Notes under the pieces: model-generated
The model's database searches: none
The model's input: the letters and a program-made list of their open reading frames with translations, nothing else
What the model was told of the DNA's origin: nothing
Assembly (NCBI GenBank): GCA_963665845.2
Contig: OY762492.1
Coordinates: forward strand, 2,816,001 to 2,880,000
Origin: Candidatus Poribacteria bacterium
GTDB lineage: Bacteria; Poribacteria; WGA-4E; GCA-2687025
DNA: 64,000 bases
Direction of reading: 5' to 3'
Shown here: piece after piece, positions 47,515 to 56,023 of the stretch
Layout of the letters: every line of letters begins with the position of its first letter
Position numbering within the stretch: position 1 is the stretch's first letter
Position numbers and translations under genes: made by a program

Positions 47515-48039
47515 ATGAAACGATACGTAATTGCTGCAACTGCAGCGTTCATCCTGGCAGGGATTTGCGGTGTCGTAAACGCTGCGCCCAAAGACGACCT
47601 GGCAGCTAAGAAAATAAAACTGGCGGCTATGTCGGAAGGTATTTTAACGCCCCAGTATAACGAAAAATCGCCGAGAACGGCTTTTCTGCTTTCAGTGGCG
47701 CTGCCTGGCGGCGGTCAGTTTTATAATGGAGAGGCGGGCAAAGGGGCGGCTTTTCTTCTGACCTCTGCCGCTGGTTTTCTTGCATTCGTCTATCCTGAAG
47801 AAGTCCTAGACTTGTTTACAGACGAAGAATATTCCCGCTGGAGCAGTGATGACGATATCAGGTTCATCAAAATTATGGGGGCAATTACCTGGGCAGGATA
47901 CGCGATCTGGTCTGTAATAGATGCTCCAATCCAAGCGAGTAAGATCACCGCGCGGAACAAGCACCGCCATGAAATCAACGCCTTTCTATCGACGCCAAAA
48001 AATCCAAAATTTGGCGTCCTGATTTCAACGCGATTTTGA
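47515..48039 (+). CDS. Exported/membrane protein, TM2/DUF5683-like
   Basis: GAAAGGAG RBS; signal peptide; KSP..A.LLS..PGGGQFYNG motif; hydrophobic segments; C-terminal Phe. Confidence 0.7.
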   Translation: MKRYVIAATAAFILAGICGVVNAAPKDDLAAKKIKLAAMSEGILTPQYNEKSPRTAFLLSVALPGGGQFYNGEAGKGAAFLLTSAAGFLAFVYPEEVLDLFTDEEYSRWSSDDDIRFIKIMGAITWAGYAIWSVIDAPIQASKITARNKHRHEINAFLSTPKNPKFGVLISTRF

Positions 48040-48093
48040 GAGATAACCGCGGGAGGAGAAAATCCTCCCGCCGCACTAACGAAAGGAAGAAAA

Positions 48094-48870
48094 ATGAAAA
48101 AAATCATCGTTGCTGCAGCGGCAGCGCTCATCACTTTATCAGGCTGTTCGTCAGCAACGAATATGGTGGAAATGACCATGGAGGACAGGGTTCTGTTTGC
48201 TCCTGAGTTGTACGAGGTATGGCAAGATGCGCTCTTGGCGTTGGAGGAGCGGTACCAAGAGCAGGAAGGCGCGTCCAAGAAACTTCAGGCTGCTTTGTCG
48301 GAAGATACTTGGGATCTTTTATCTCTCGCTTTTGAGACAGTCCAAGACGCGAAAGATCCTTCCTCCCGCCAACTGGCTACTGAAACTCTCGAAATTGCCA
48401 AAAGAGCTGCAGAAGATGAGGCGCCGTTGGAATTGGGTGTATTCTGGGCGGCATACTCTAAAACTGTCGATGCGAACAAAATAGTTGAGAGGGAATTGAT
48501 GACGTTTTATGCTGGCACCGCAGGAGCGGAGAAGGGCGTTACGGCGTTAAAAAGTCTGCAATCTAAAAATCCGGGAGCTTTTGACAAATTCCAAACAGCG
48601 AGGAAGTATCTCTTTGAAATCGCCCGTAAAGAATGGGACGATCTCGAATTGAGCCGCGCCAGATATGTGAATATTCTCAATGGATCTGCGCCCAAGGGAG
48701 CTTCCGTGAGTCAGGCGAAGGAGAAATACAGCGCCGCCAAGGATGCTCTGGCAAAAGTGGCCCCTCAGGAATGGTCCGAATATATTGCAGCAACGATGGA
48801 GATCCGCAGGCTACATCCTGAAGTTTGGCATGACTACGTAGACGCCAAGGCTCGCGTGTACGTGAGGTAA
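48094..48870 (+). CDS. Putative alpha-helical lipoprotein
   Basis: MKK plus hydrophobic stretch plus LSGC lipobox; GAAAGGA RBS. Confidence 0.75.
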   Translation: MKKIIVAAAAALITLSGCSSATNMVEMTMEDRVLFAPELYEVWQDALLALEERYQEQEGASKKLQAALSEDTWDLLSLAFETVQDAKDPSSRQLATETLEIAKRAAEDEAPLELGVFWAAYSKTVDANKIVERELMTFYAGTAGAEKGVTALKSLQSKNPGAFDKFQTARKYLFEIARKEWDDLELSRARYVNILNGSAPKGASVSQAKEKYSAAKDALAKVAPQEWSEYIAATMEIRRLHPEVWHDYVDAKARVYVR

Positions 48871-48882
48871 TGCGTCGCGCAA

Positions 48883-49005
48883 TCAGGGGGCGGGATTCTG
48901 ATCGCCTTCATCGAATGGGAAGTAGAGAACCAGCCCGTCCTCCTGTATCGCCTGCGCTGTCCACGCGGTCATGACAAGCGCGGCTAAGATCGTGATCCGT
49001 TTCAT
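48883..49005 (-). pseudogene. Truncated duplicate of the LamG gene 5' end (40 aa)
   Basis: MKRITILAALVMTAWTAQAIQEDGLVLYFPFDEG followed by DQNPAP-stop. Confidence 0.85.
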
Positions 49006-49072
49006 GTTGCCTCCTCTTTTAATCGAGCCTCACTTCTTTCCCGGTTTCAGACGATTGTTCAACCGCCAGCAG
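48903..49072. repeat. Right 170-bp direct repeat bounding the island
   Basis: Matches 46042-46211 with 8 mismatches. Confidence 0.95.
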
Positions 49073-50005
49073 TATTTCAACGACATGCGTCGAATGTTCG
49101 TTTGAAATCGGGGGCGGCGCGCCGTTTTCAACCGCTTCCACAAACGCGGCAACTTCAGCGGCAACGCCGCCTCCCTTCGGAACCTCCACAGGCTCATACT
49201 CCTCATCGGTCATGAGCCAGACATTTCCGCGGTACGGCTCGGTTCGTATGCAGCCCTCCGTCCCGACGATCTCGCCGATATATCCCGGCTTTTCCATCAT
49301 CCGTTCGGGTCGGCGATGTCCAGCATGAACGATGACAGCGCATGTTCCATTTTCAAAATGGAGCAGCGCGGCAACCGCGTCGTCCGCTTTCTGCCGCATG
49401 ATTTTATGGGAGATGATGCCCTTCGCCGAAACGACTCGGCTTTCCAAAAGAAAAAGGAGACGGTCCACCATGTGCGACCCGTTCATGAACCACATACCGC
49501 CGCCTTTGGCGCGGTCGTTGAACCATGCGGGCCGCCCCTCCAAGCCGTAGGATTTATGCCAGCATTCGTCCGCCATGACGATGTCCCCGATCCGCCCTTC
49601 GCGCAGCAGCCGCCGCGTGACAAGATTCGCCTGAAAAAACTGCTGCGTATGCCCGACCATCAGCTGAACGCCGTTGGCGTCCGCCGCCGCGGTCATCTCG
49701 CCGCACTCTTCAAGGGAGACCGCCATCGGCTTCTCGACCAGCGTATGAACGCCGGCGTTGAGGCAATCGATGGCGATCGGGGCGTGGAGCCAGTGAGGCA
49801 ACCCCAGCAGCGCCAGATCAATCTCCCCGTCCGAAAGCATCTCGCGGCGGTCGGCGTAGGCGGCGCAGCCGTGCCGTTGAGCGAACGCTTCGCGCCGTTC
49901 CTCATGCGGCTCCGCGACGGCATGCAGCCGCAGCCCTGGAACCGATTTGACAGCGGCGGCATGCCCGCTTGATACGCGGCCTGCGCCGATGACGCCTACG
50001 CGCAT
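49019..50005 (-). CDS. Gfo/Idh/MocA family oxidoreductase
   Basis: RVGVIGAG, EKPMA and GGGM motifs. Confidence 0.92.
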   Translation of the reverse strand: MRVGVIGAGRVSSGHAAAVKSVPGLRLHAVAEPHEERREAFAQRHGCAAYADRREMLSDGEIDLALLGLPHWLHAPIAIDCLNAGVHTLVEKPMAVSLEECGEMTAAADANGVQLMVGHTQQFFQANLVTRRLLREGRIGDIVMADECWHKSYGLEGRPAWFNDRAKGGGMWFMNGSHMVDRLLFLLESRVVSAKGIISHKIMRQKADDAVAALLHFENGTCAVIVHAGHRRPERMMEKPGYIGEIVGTEGCIRTEPYRGNVWLMTDEEYEPVEVPKGGGVAAEVAAFVEAVENGAPPPISNEHSTHVVEILLAVEQSSETGKEVRLD

Positions 50006-50016
50006 TTGTTTTCTCC

Positions 50017-51141
50017 TTAGAACATCTTGTGCCAGTATGCCGCTTCAGCAATCAGCTGTTTCACTTCAGCGCGCGAGGAGCCTTCCGCGGCAATCAGATC
50101 GTCCGCGTCCACATGGTTCTTCGCGTCCGGTCCGCGGCCGGCGTCCAGAATGCAATTCGTGAGCCAGCTGGTGCGGATTCCGTTGACCCCGGAGGTGTAA
50201 TTCGTGTCGTAATCGCCTTTGACGAGACCGACCAGCTGGTCAACCTTGCCGCTCGGGTACCCTTCCGGGCGGGAGGTTTGAACCGCTTCGCGCTTGCCGT
50301 CCGGCGTGACGAGCGTCAAGCCGCCGCGTATCTCCAGCGTCGCCTCTTCGCCTTCCAAAATGACCCACTCTTGGAACCCGACATGCGTGTTGCCGCAGAT
50401 GGTGACGGTTCCTTCGGCGCCGTTCTCCATGACCACATCCGAGTAGGAGTTGATCTCGACATATTTATCGATCACTTTTCCGTTCTCTTCAAAGATCTTG
50501 TCGGTCGTTCCGTAGACCGATTTGGGAAGGAAGCCGGTCATCCACATGAAGATGTCTTGGAGGTGGCTGCCGGAGTCGTTCGGCTGTCCGCCGCCTGAGA
50601 ATCGCGGGTCGCCGCGCCAGCCGCCGGCTCCCCATCGCTGCGCCATGTACACTTCGAACCGCTTCAATTCGCCCAGCTTGCCGGACTGGACGACGCTTCT
50701 GCCGGTCACATAGTTCGGTTCGTAATGGCGCTGGTATCCGCCGACCAGATGAAGCCCGCCGCCGACCGCCATTTTCTGCATGTGTACGGCGTCGCCGACT
50801 CGGTTCGCCATCGGTTTTTCAACGATGACGGAGCATCCCGCGCGGAAGGCGGCGCGAACCTGGATGTCATGCAGCGAGTGGGGCGAGAAGATGCCGACCA
50901 TGTCCAGGTCTTCTTTGTCGAGCATTTCCAGGTATTCGTAGTCGCCGATGTAGCGGGCGACGCCGCCTTTTTTGAACCCTTCGACCCGCTGCTCCATCGC
51001 GTTTTCAAGCGCGTCAATGCTGCCGGGGCTGACATCGGCGGCTGCCACCACTTCGCAATCGTCTCGAGTCGCAAATCCGAGCGTGTTGCCCCGCCCGGCT
51101 CCGCCTGGTCCGATGACGCCGACTTTCAATTTATCTGCCAT
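50017..51141 (-). CDS. Gfo/Idh/MocA family oxidoreductase
   Basis: KVGVIGPGG, EKPMA and SGGGQ.NDSGSH motifs. Confidence 0.9.
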   Translation of the reverse strand: MADKLKVGVIGPGGAGRGNTLGFATRDDCEVVAAADVSPGSIDALENAMEQRVEGFKKGGVARYIGDYEYLEMLDKEDLDMVGIFSPHSLHDIQVRAAFRAGCSVIVEKPMANRVGDAVHMQKMAVGGGLHLVGGYQRHYEPNYVTGRSVVQSGKLGELKRFEVYMAQRWGAGGWRGDPRFSGGGQPNDSGSHLQDIFMWMTGFLPKSVYGTTDKIFEENGKVIDKYVEINSYSDVVMENGAEGTVTICGNTHVGFQEWVILEGEEATLEIRGGLTLVTPDGKREAVQTSRPEGYPSGKVDQLVGLVKGDYDTNYTSGVNGIRTSWLTNCILDAGRGPDAKNHVDADDLIAAEGSSRAEVKQLIAEAAYWHKMF

Positions 51142-51186
51142 GGTTCTCCGTTTTCTGCTGATAGCCGTATTGAGCGTTCAGGATGG

Positions 51187-51215
51187 AGTCTATACGAAGG
51201 CGGGCGGCATGTCAA
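51187..51215 (-). promoter_or_regulatory. Sigma70-like promoter of the oxidoreductase operon
   Basis: Minus strand TTGACA-N17-TAGACT. Confidence 0.6.
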
Positions 51216-51294
51216 CGGGCGGCAATTTGCGGTAGTACGCTCATACGATAATGTTGATAGGAGACGCGATATGGACGGCGTCTGCGACGCCTAA

Positions 51295-51318
51295 GATTCC
51301 CGTTTTCACGGGAATGAC
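51295..51318. repeat. Single palindrome copy
   Basis: GATTCCCGTTTTCACGGGAATGAC. Confidence 0.75.
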
Positions 51319-51432
51319 GACCGGCGGCGCCGACGCATTAGGATTAAAAACAACGACTATCATCGCATGGGCGTACTGCCCAATTTGCGAATCCGCCCCC
51401 GGCATGTTATGATGTCGAAGGAGGGCTGATGG

Positions 51433-51678
51433 ATGAGGCGGCAAAAAAGTATCCGTGAAAGCGATTTTAGAGCGGTCAGGGGCAATTACCGTTACCTTGC
51501 GCTCAAAGTGCTAGACCATGCGCTGCGCGACGCGGCGGGAACGCGCCAAACCTCGCATGAAACGCAGCGGGAAGCGCGCGAATTTATCCATTCCAAAGAG
51601 GCGGAATTCTGGGCGGACGCATCCGGCGTCAACATTCGAAAGCTGCGCCAAGCATACAAGCGGCGCCTGCGTCAGTAG
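51433..51678 (+). CDS. Small basic hypothetical protein
   Basis: AGGAGG upstream; fills the intergenic gap; 81 aa. Confidence 0.55.
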   Translation: MRRQKSIRESDFRAVRGNYRYLALKVLDHALRDAAGTRQTSHETQREAREFIHSKEAEFWADASGVNIRKLRQAYKRRLRQ

Positions 51679-51722
51679 CCGGCGGCTCCAACGCCTTGCT
51701 CTGACAGCGCGGGCGGTTTATG

Positions 51723-54700
51723 TTAGAAGCGGGAGCGGCCGAGGCTTCCGCCTGTGAAGGTCGGCGGGACGCCTAACGGCAGGCTGCCGAAGCCCCATTC
51801 GTTCGTCACGGCGTCATGCCCAACGCCCAGCGTCAGGGTCGGATCGGCAATCAGGTTGATCTGATAGGTGAACTCTTTGCGGACATTGCCGAGGCTTCCG
51901 AATCGGCGCCATGTGATGCGCATATCCCAGTCGCGCAGATTTCGGCGCAGACGTATCTCCTGCGAATACGGATGAATATGCGCGATTCCAATCGCCTTCG
52001 CAATCGAATTGGAGCGCCAGGCGGGAGGATTTTCAAGTCGGTCGCGGTCATATTCCCACCGCGCGCTCACATCAATGTTGAACAACTTGCTGGGGCGCCA
52101 CGAAAAACTGGTGAACGCGCTGCGGGGAGAACGGGAAGAGAGCCGCTGATACTGCGTGCCTACATTGACGCTCCATCCTTTCGTGTAGTCGCCGGAGCGG
52201 TAACGGACGCTTGATGAAAACGAAACCATCGTGAACGGATCGCGCTGAATGGCGGAACCGGGGCTGTACGTGTTCGGATCCCAGTTGCCGGTGACGGTCG
52301 TCGTCAGCCGTCCGCTGGACAGAGGCTGCGAGCTCATCTCCATGCGCAGAAAATCCCATTTCCGATTGCCGAGATAAGGGCGGTTCGTGAAATCGCGCTT
52401 CACGCCCGCATCAAAACGCAGCGCCTGAAACTCCTTATTCAGCTTCGTCTTCACCCGAATGGTGGAGCCGAAACGCAGCCCGACCTCCTTCCGCTCATAC
52501 ACATAGACGCTGGAGCCGAACGGGTACAGCAAAATATCGTTCGGGTCGGGATGGTCAGGGTCTTCCGCTTCGTCGTTGACCGACGGAGACCAGTCAAAAT
52601 CGGCGGAGGTTGCGATTTCATGGCGGAGACGGCTTGCGCCGGGGATAAAGCTGATGTCGTACACGCGCGCCAGCGTGTTGTTCGCATTCACATTTCCGCT
52701 CACTACGCCGCGCAAAATATGCCGATTTCCCTTCTGATCCTCTTCATTATACACGAGCCGCCCGGCGCCGTACATTCTGAAAGTGATTGCGCGGGAACTT
52801 GTAACTGTGACGGTTGTGTCTTTGTCGATATTGAGGCTTGCGTCCGTTGTCCAGAGCGACACATCCTGCGTTTGCTCGCCCTTCAGACCGCGCGCTTGAC
52901 GAACGGCGTACACCGCGTCCGAAAAACGGTATAGATCGCGTTTCAGGTTCGTCGCGCCGCCGTTTAACGAAAATTCCATATCGTCCAGCGTCGGAACCTT
53001 CAGGATCGGAACGTTCAGCTTGTCCCATTTGATCGACAGATCGCGCAGCGTCCGATTGAGCCGCCTGAGGCCGTAAATGCGCGACAGCTGCCCGCCCCAA
53101 GACATGTCCAGCTCCGGCTGCTTATGCGTCGAACCGAGACCCTCGGCAAAATCGAAGCTCTTGTCGACTGTTAGACGCGACCGAAACGTCGGACTGGGAT
53201 TGTTGTAACTGGTCGGATTGGAATCGAAGACGATCGTCCCGAAGGCGCGCATCTCCGAGCTCTCTTGAATATAGGCGTTGCCTTCCGAATCGGTGCGCGG
53301 AATGCGGTTGTTGTAATCCAGCCGCGACCAGAACGCCAGCCGTTTGCCGTCGCGTTCCCATCCGAGCGGAATATCCTGCTGATGCCGCAGATACGCCGCA
53401 TACTGATCGCCCGTTTTGAAAGCGTTGTTTCGGCTGTAGGAGCGCAGGTCTTGGCGGGAGACCGTCGCTTCGCCGGTGATGTTGCGCCGCCCCTCCGACT
53501 TCGTCATCACAAACGCCTCCTCCGTCTCGATGACGCCGGCGCTCACCTCGCCCTGTTCAAGAGCGCGCGACGCGCTATAGACGTTGCGCGGCAGATCCCC
53601 CGGGCCGACCCATCCCAGGTAGCCTCCGTTATTGCGCGTCTCTTCGTCGTCCGACAGCTGCTCGGCGAGAGCGTTGAAATCGGGCGTCTCCGACCTTCCG
53701 AGCATCTTCAAGATGAGCAGCCCCTCCCGAAACTGAATCGGGGTTGACACGTTGTCGAGCTGCATTTTGCGCAGCTCCTGCTGCTGCCCCCACTCATACT
53801 GGTTCAGCGGCAGGTTCGCCTCCGTTGACGCGCCGCCGTCCGCCGTCGGCTCTTCCGTCTCGCCGAGAACCGATTCGGGCGGGTCCGCCCCGTATTCGTC
53901 GATCAGCTCGCGAAAATAGACGCCCGAATTGGCGCGGTCCATGAGCGACTCGGCGAGGTTGCGCGTCGTCTCTCGAGACTCCTCGCTCGCCTCAACGGCG
54001 ATATGGATCATCTGCGTCTGTTTTTCGACGCGCCCATGCGTTTCCAGAATGTCGTTCACTCGGAAAAAGTAGTACCCGTCTTCCGTTTCGATCTTTTCGC
54101 TCGTTTCGCCGTATTCAAGAGAGAGCGCCGCCGCTTCCAGATTGGGGGGAAGGATGCCGTCTCCCGCCGCCATATACCCCAAGAAACCTTTGTTCTGGGC
54201 GGAGGTTGATTCGGAGGAGTAACGCCCCGCCAGAGCGCCGAAATCCTCGCCCTGCGCCAGCGCGTCTTGTACCTCCTGCGCTCTAGATCGGGCGCGGTCG
54301 ATGTCCTCCGCCCCTACTGTGTACGGCAGGAAAAGCCGAAGGATGCGCCGATTGTCAAAATCGCCTCGGAGACGGGCATGCACCTGCACAGCTTTTTTGC
54401 GCAGATCGGACAGCTCGGCGGCGGTCGCGTCCAGCGGTTTTTTAAAAACGATCCAGCGCAGATTCACATCGCGCACATTGTAGGTCGTCTCAAAGCCCTG
54501 CCCCGTTCCTCTAGACGCTGACCAGTCGAACTGAAGAACGCTGCGAATCCGCTGAGTGCGCCGCAGCGGCAAAATAAAGGTCGCCCAATGCCCCATATAG
54601 CTGTCGTGGCCGACCTTTACAATCAACGGCGCCGGCTTTTTTTCGCGCAAGCTGCGCCGGTAAACAGGTATCCAGAGCAGCGGGACGCCGCCAATGATGA

Positions 54701-55346
54701 ACACCACGTTTTTGGCGATGATTTCCTGCTCTAAATGGACGAAGATCTGCGACGCCTTGAAGTAGGTATGCGGATATTTGAGCGAACTGGTCGACAAGAT
54801 GCCGTTGTTGATGAGCGACTCCCGCTCCGAGACGCGGACAATCTTGACCCCCTGATAGTACCAAGGCTCGCCGTATGCCGCGCCGCCGTATGCGACTCCC
54901 TGTTTGGTTTCAAAGTTGAAGATCAGCTCGTCAGCGTAGGTGATTTCGTTTTCGACCGTCAGGCGGACGTTGCCTTTGGCGCGCAGAGCCTTCTTTTCCA
55001 TGTGCATCCACACATCGTCCGCCTGCAGCGTCATATCGGAAAATCGGATATAAGCGTCGCCGCGCACATGGGCGCCTTCTTCGGTCCAAATGACCGTGTC
55101 GCCCGCGTCAATATACACCTCGTCCGATTTGAGACGCATGTCCCGGTCTAGGATGGACACCTCGGACGCAGCGCCGATATCCTCCTCTTGGTCCGCCTCT
55201 CCGTTTTGCCCGTTCTCCTGCGTTGGCTCCGCCGTTGAATCGTTTGCCTCGGCGTTGGCAGGGGGGGCGGTCGGCGTCTCCTCCGTCCAGGCGATACGCG
55301 CCGAGAAGAGAATCGGGAGACAGATGATGAGCGCGGCGAGTCGCAT
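51723..55346 (-). CDS. lptD: LPS-assembly protein LptD-like with inserted parvulin (rotamase) domains
   Basis: N-terminal OstA-like jellyroll (LQADDV...AKGNV...GVPLLWIP); beta-strand-rich C-terminal half; internal F.ALA...S....GG.LG motifs. Confidence 0.75.
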   Translation of the reverse strand: MRLAALIICLPILFSARIAWTEETPTAPPANAEANDSTAEPTQENGQNGEADQEEDIGAASEVSILDRDMRLKSDEVYIDAGDTVIWTEEGAHVRGDAYIRFSDMTLQADDVWMHMEKKALRAKGNVRLTVENEITYADELIFNFETKQGVAYGGAAYGEPWYYQGVKIVRVSERESLINNGILSTSSLKYPHTYFKASQIFVHLEQEIIAKNVVFIIGGVPLLWIPVYRRSLREKKPAPLIVKVGHDSYMGHWATFILPLRRTQRIRSVLQFDWSASRGTGQGFETTYNVRDVNLRWIVFKKPLDATAAELSDLRKKAVQVHARLRGDFDNRRILRLFLPYTVGAEDIDRARSRAQEVQDALAQGEDFGALAGRYSSESTSAQNKGFLGYMAAGDGILPPNLEAAALSLEYGETSEKIETEDGYYFFRVNDILETHGRVEKQTQMIHIAVEASEESRETTRNLAESLMDRANSGVYFRELIDEYGADPPESVLGETEEPTADGGASTEANLPLNQYEWGQQQELRKMQLDNVSTPIQFREGLLILKMLGRSETPDFNALAEQLSDDEETRNNGGYLGWVGPGDLPRNVYSASRALEQGEVSAGVIETEEAFVMTKSEGRRNITGEATVSRQDLRSYSRNNAFKTGDQYAAYLRHQQDIPLGWERDGKRLAFWSRLDYNNRIPRTDSEGNAYIQESSEMRAFGTIVFDSNPTSYNNPSPTFRSRLTVDKSFDFAEGLGSTHKQPELDMSWGGQLSRIYGLRRLNRTLRDLSIKWDKLNVPILKVPTLDDMEFSLNGGATNLKRDLYRFSDAVYAVRQARGLKGEQTQDVSLWTTDASLNIDKDTTVTVTSSRAITFRMYGAGRLVYNEEDQKGNRHILRGVVSGNVNANNTLARVYDISFIPGASRLRHEIATSADFDWSPSVNDEAEDPDHPDPNDILLYPFGSSVYVYERKEVGLRFGSTIRVKTKLNKEFQALRFDAGVKRDFTNRPYLGNRKWDFLRMEMSSQPLSSGRLTTTVTGNWDPNTYSPGSAIQRDPFTMVSFSSSVRYRSGDYTKGWSVNVGTQYQRLSSRSPRSAFTSFSWRPSKLFNIDVSARWEYDRDRLENPPAWRSNSIAKAIGIAHIHPYSQEIRLRRNLRDWDMRITWRRFGSLGNVRKEFTYQINLIADPTLTLGVGHDAVTNEWGFGSLPLGVPPTFTGGSLGRSRF

Positions 55347-56020
55347 CAGAACTTGATCAGCGCCTTCACAAACGCTTTTTGACGCAAACGGGCGATGTAG
55401 GCTTCCCTTTCCTCTAGAAAACGCTGTTCGCGCAGGGCGCGGCGCGCTTCGTCTTTGGAGGCAAACGCCTCTTTGTTCGCCTCATAATACGCCTCCGCGT
55501 CGTTGTCGGTCACGTTCAAGCGCGGTATCAGCTCGCGCGTCAACAGCTCCCGTATCCGCAGCGTGCGCAGCATCTCTTCGCGAAACGCCTCCTGGGTCTG
55601 ATTTCGCTGACGCAGCGCTATGGCAAATTCCGCGTCGTCGGTCAACTGCCGCTCCATTCGAAAGGCGCGGATGAAATCGTCCAGAGTCGTTTGCGCGATC
55701 TGATACTGCGGATTTTCCAGCTCCTGACGGCGCGCCTCCTGAACGAGCAGGCTGGTCGCAATCAGCTCCTGTAGATGCGCCTCCGACTGCGCTTCAGCGG
55801 CGCGCTGCGCTTCCGCCGGACTGAGACGTTGAAACGCCTGCAGCAGCTGCGCATGGTCTCGAATCAATTTCTGAAGATCGCCCATGGTCAACGCCTCCGC
55901 GTTCACAAACGCGACGATGCGGTCCACGATCTTTGCGTTCGAAGGCGTCGGAAACGCCATGAACGCGCACAGCAGTAACGCCGCGATCCAACCAATCCGC
56001 TTTTGACATTCCGCTTTCAT
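55346..56020 (-). CDS. SurA N-terminal domain chaperone protein
   Basis: IVDRIVAFVN, LQELI...LLVQEA and YIARLRQKAFV motifs; no parvulin domain. Confidence 0.8.
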   Translation of the reverse strand: MKAECQKRIGWIAALLLCAFMAFPTPSNAKIVDRIVAFVNAEALTMGDLQKLIRDHAQLLQAFQRLSPAEAQRAAEAQSEAHLQELIATSLLVQEARRQELENPQYQIAQTTLDDFIRAFRMERQLTDDAEFAIALRQRNQTQEAFREEMLRTLRIRELLTRELIPRLNVTDNDAEAYYEANKEAFASKDEARRALREQRFLEEREAYIARLRQKAFVKALIKF

Positions 56021-56023
56021 CAA

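Larger units (their letters stand above)
46212..48902. mobile_element. Integrase-less genomic island between 170-bp direct repeats
   Basis: Splits a Gfo/Idh-LamG operon; visibly more AT-rich; genes lie on the opposite strand to the flanks and have their own promoter. Confidence 0.8.

Noticed and set aside
46212-48902. Intact prophage or integron cassette array
   Set aside because: No integrase, structural or replication genes, and no recognisable attC sites.
46042-49072. Diversity-generating retroelement template/variable repeat pair
   Set aside because: The mismatches are not adenine-specific, all are synonymous, and no reverse transcriptase is present.
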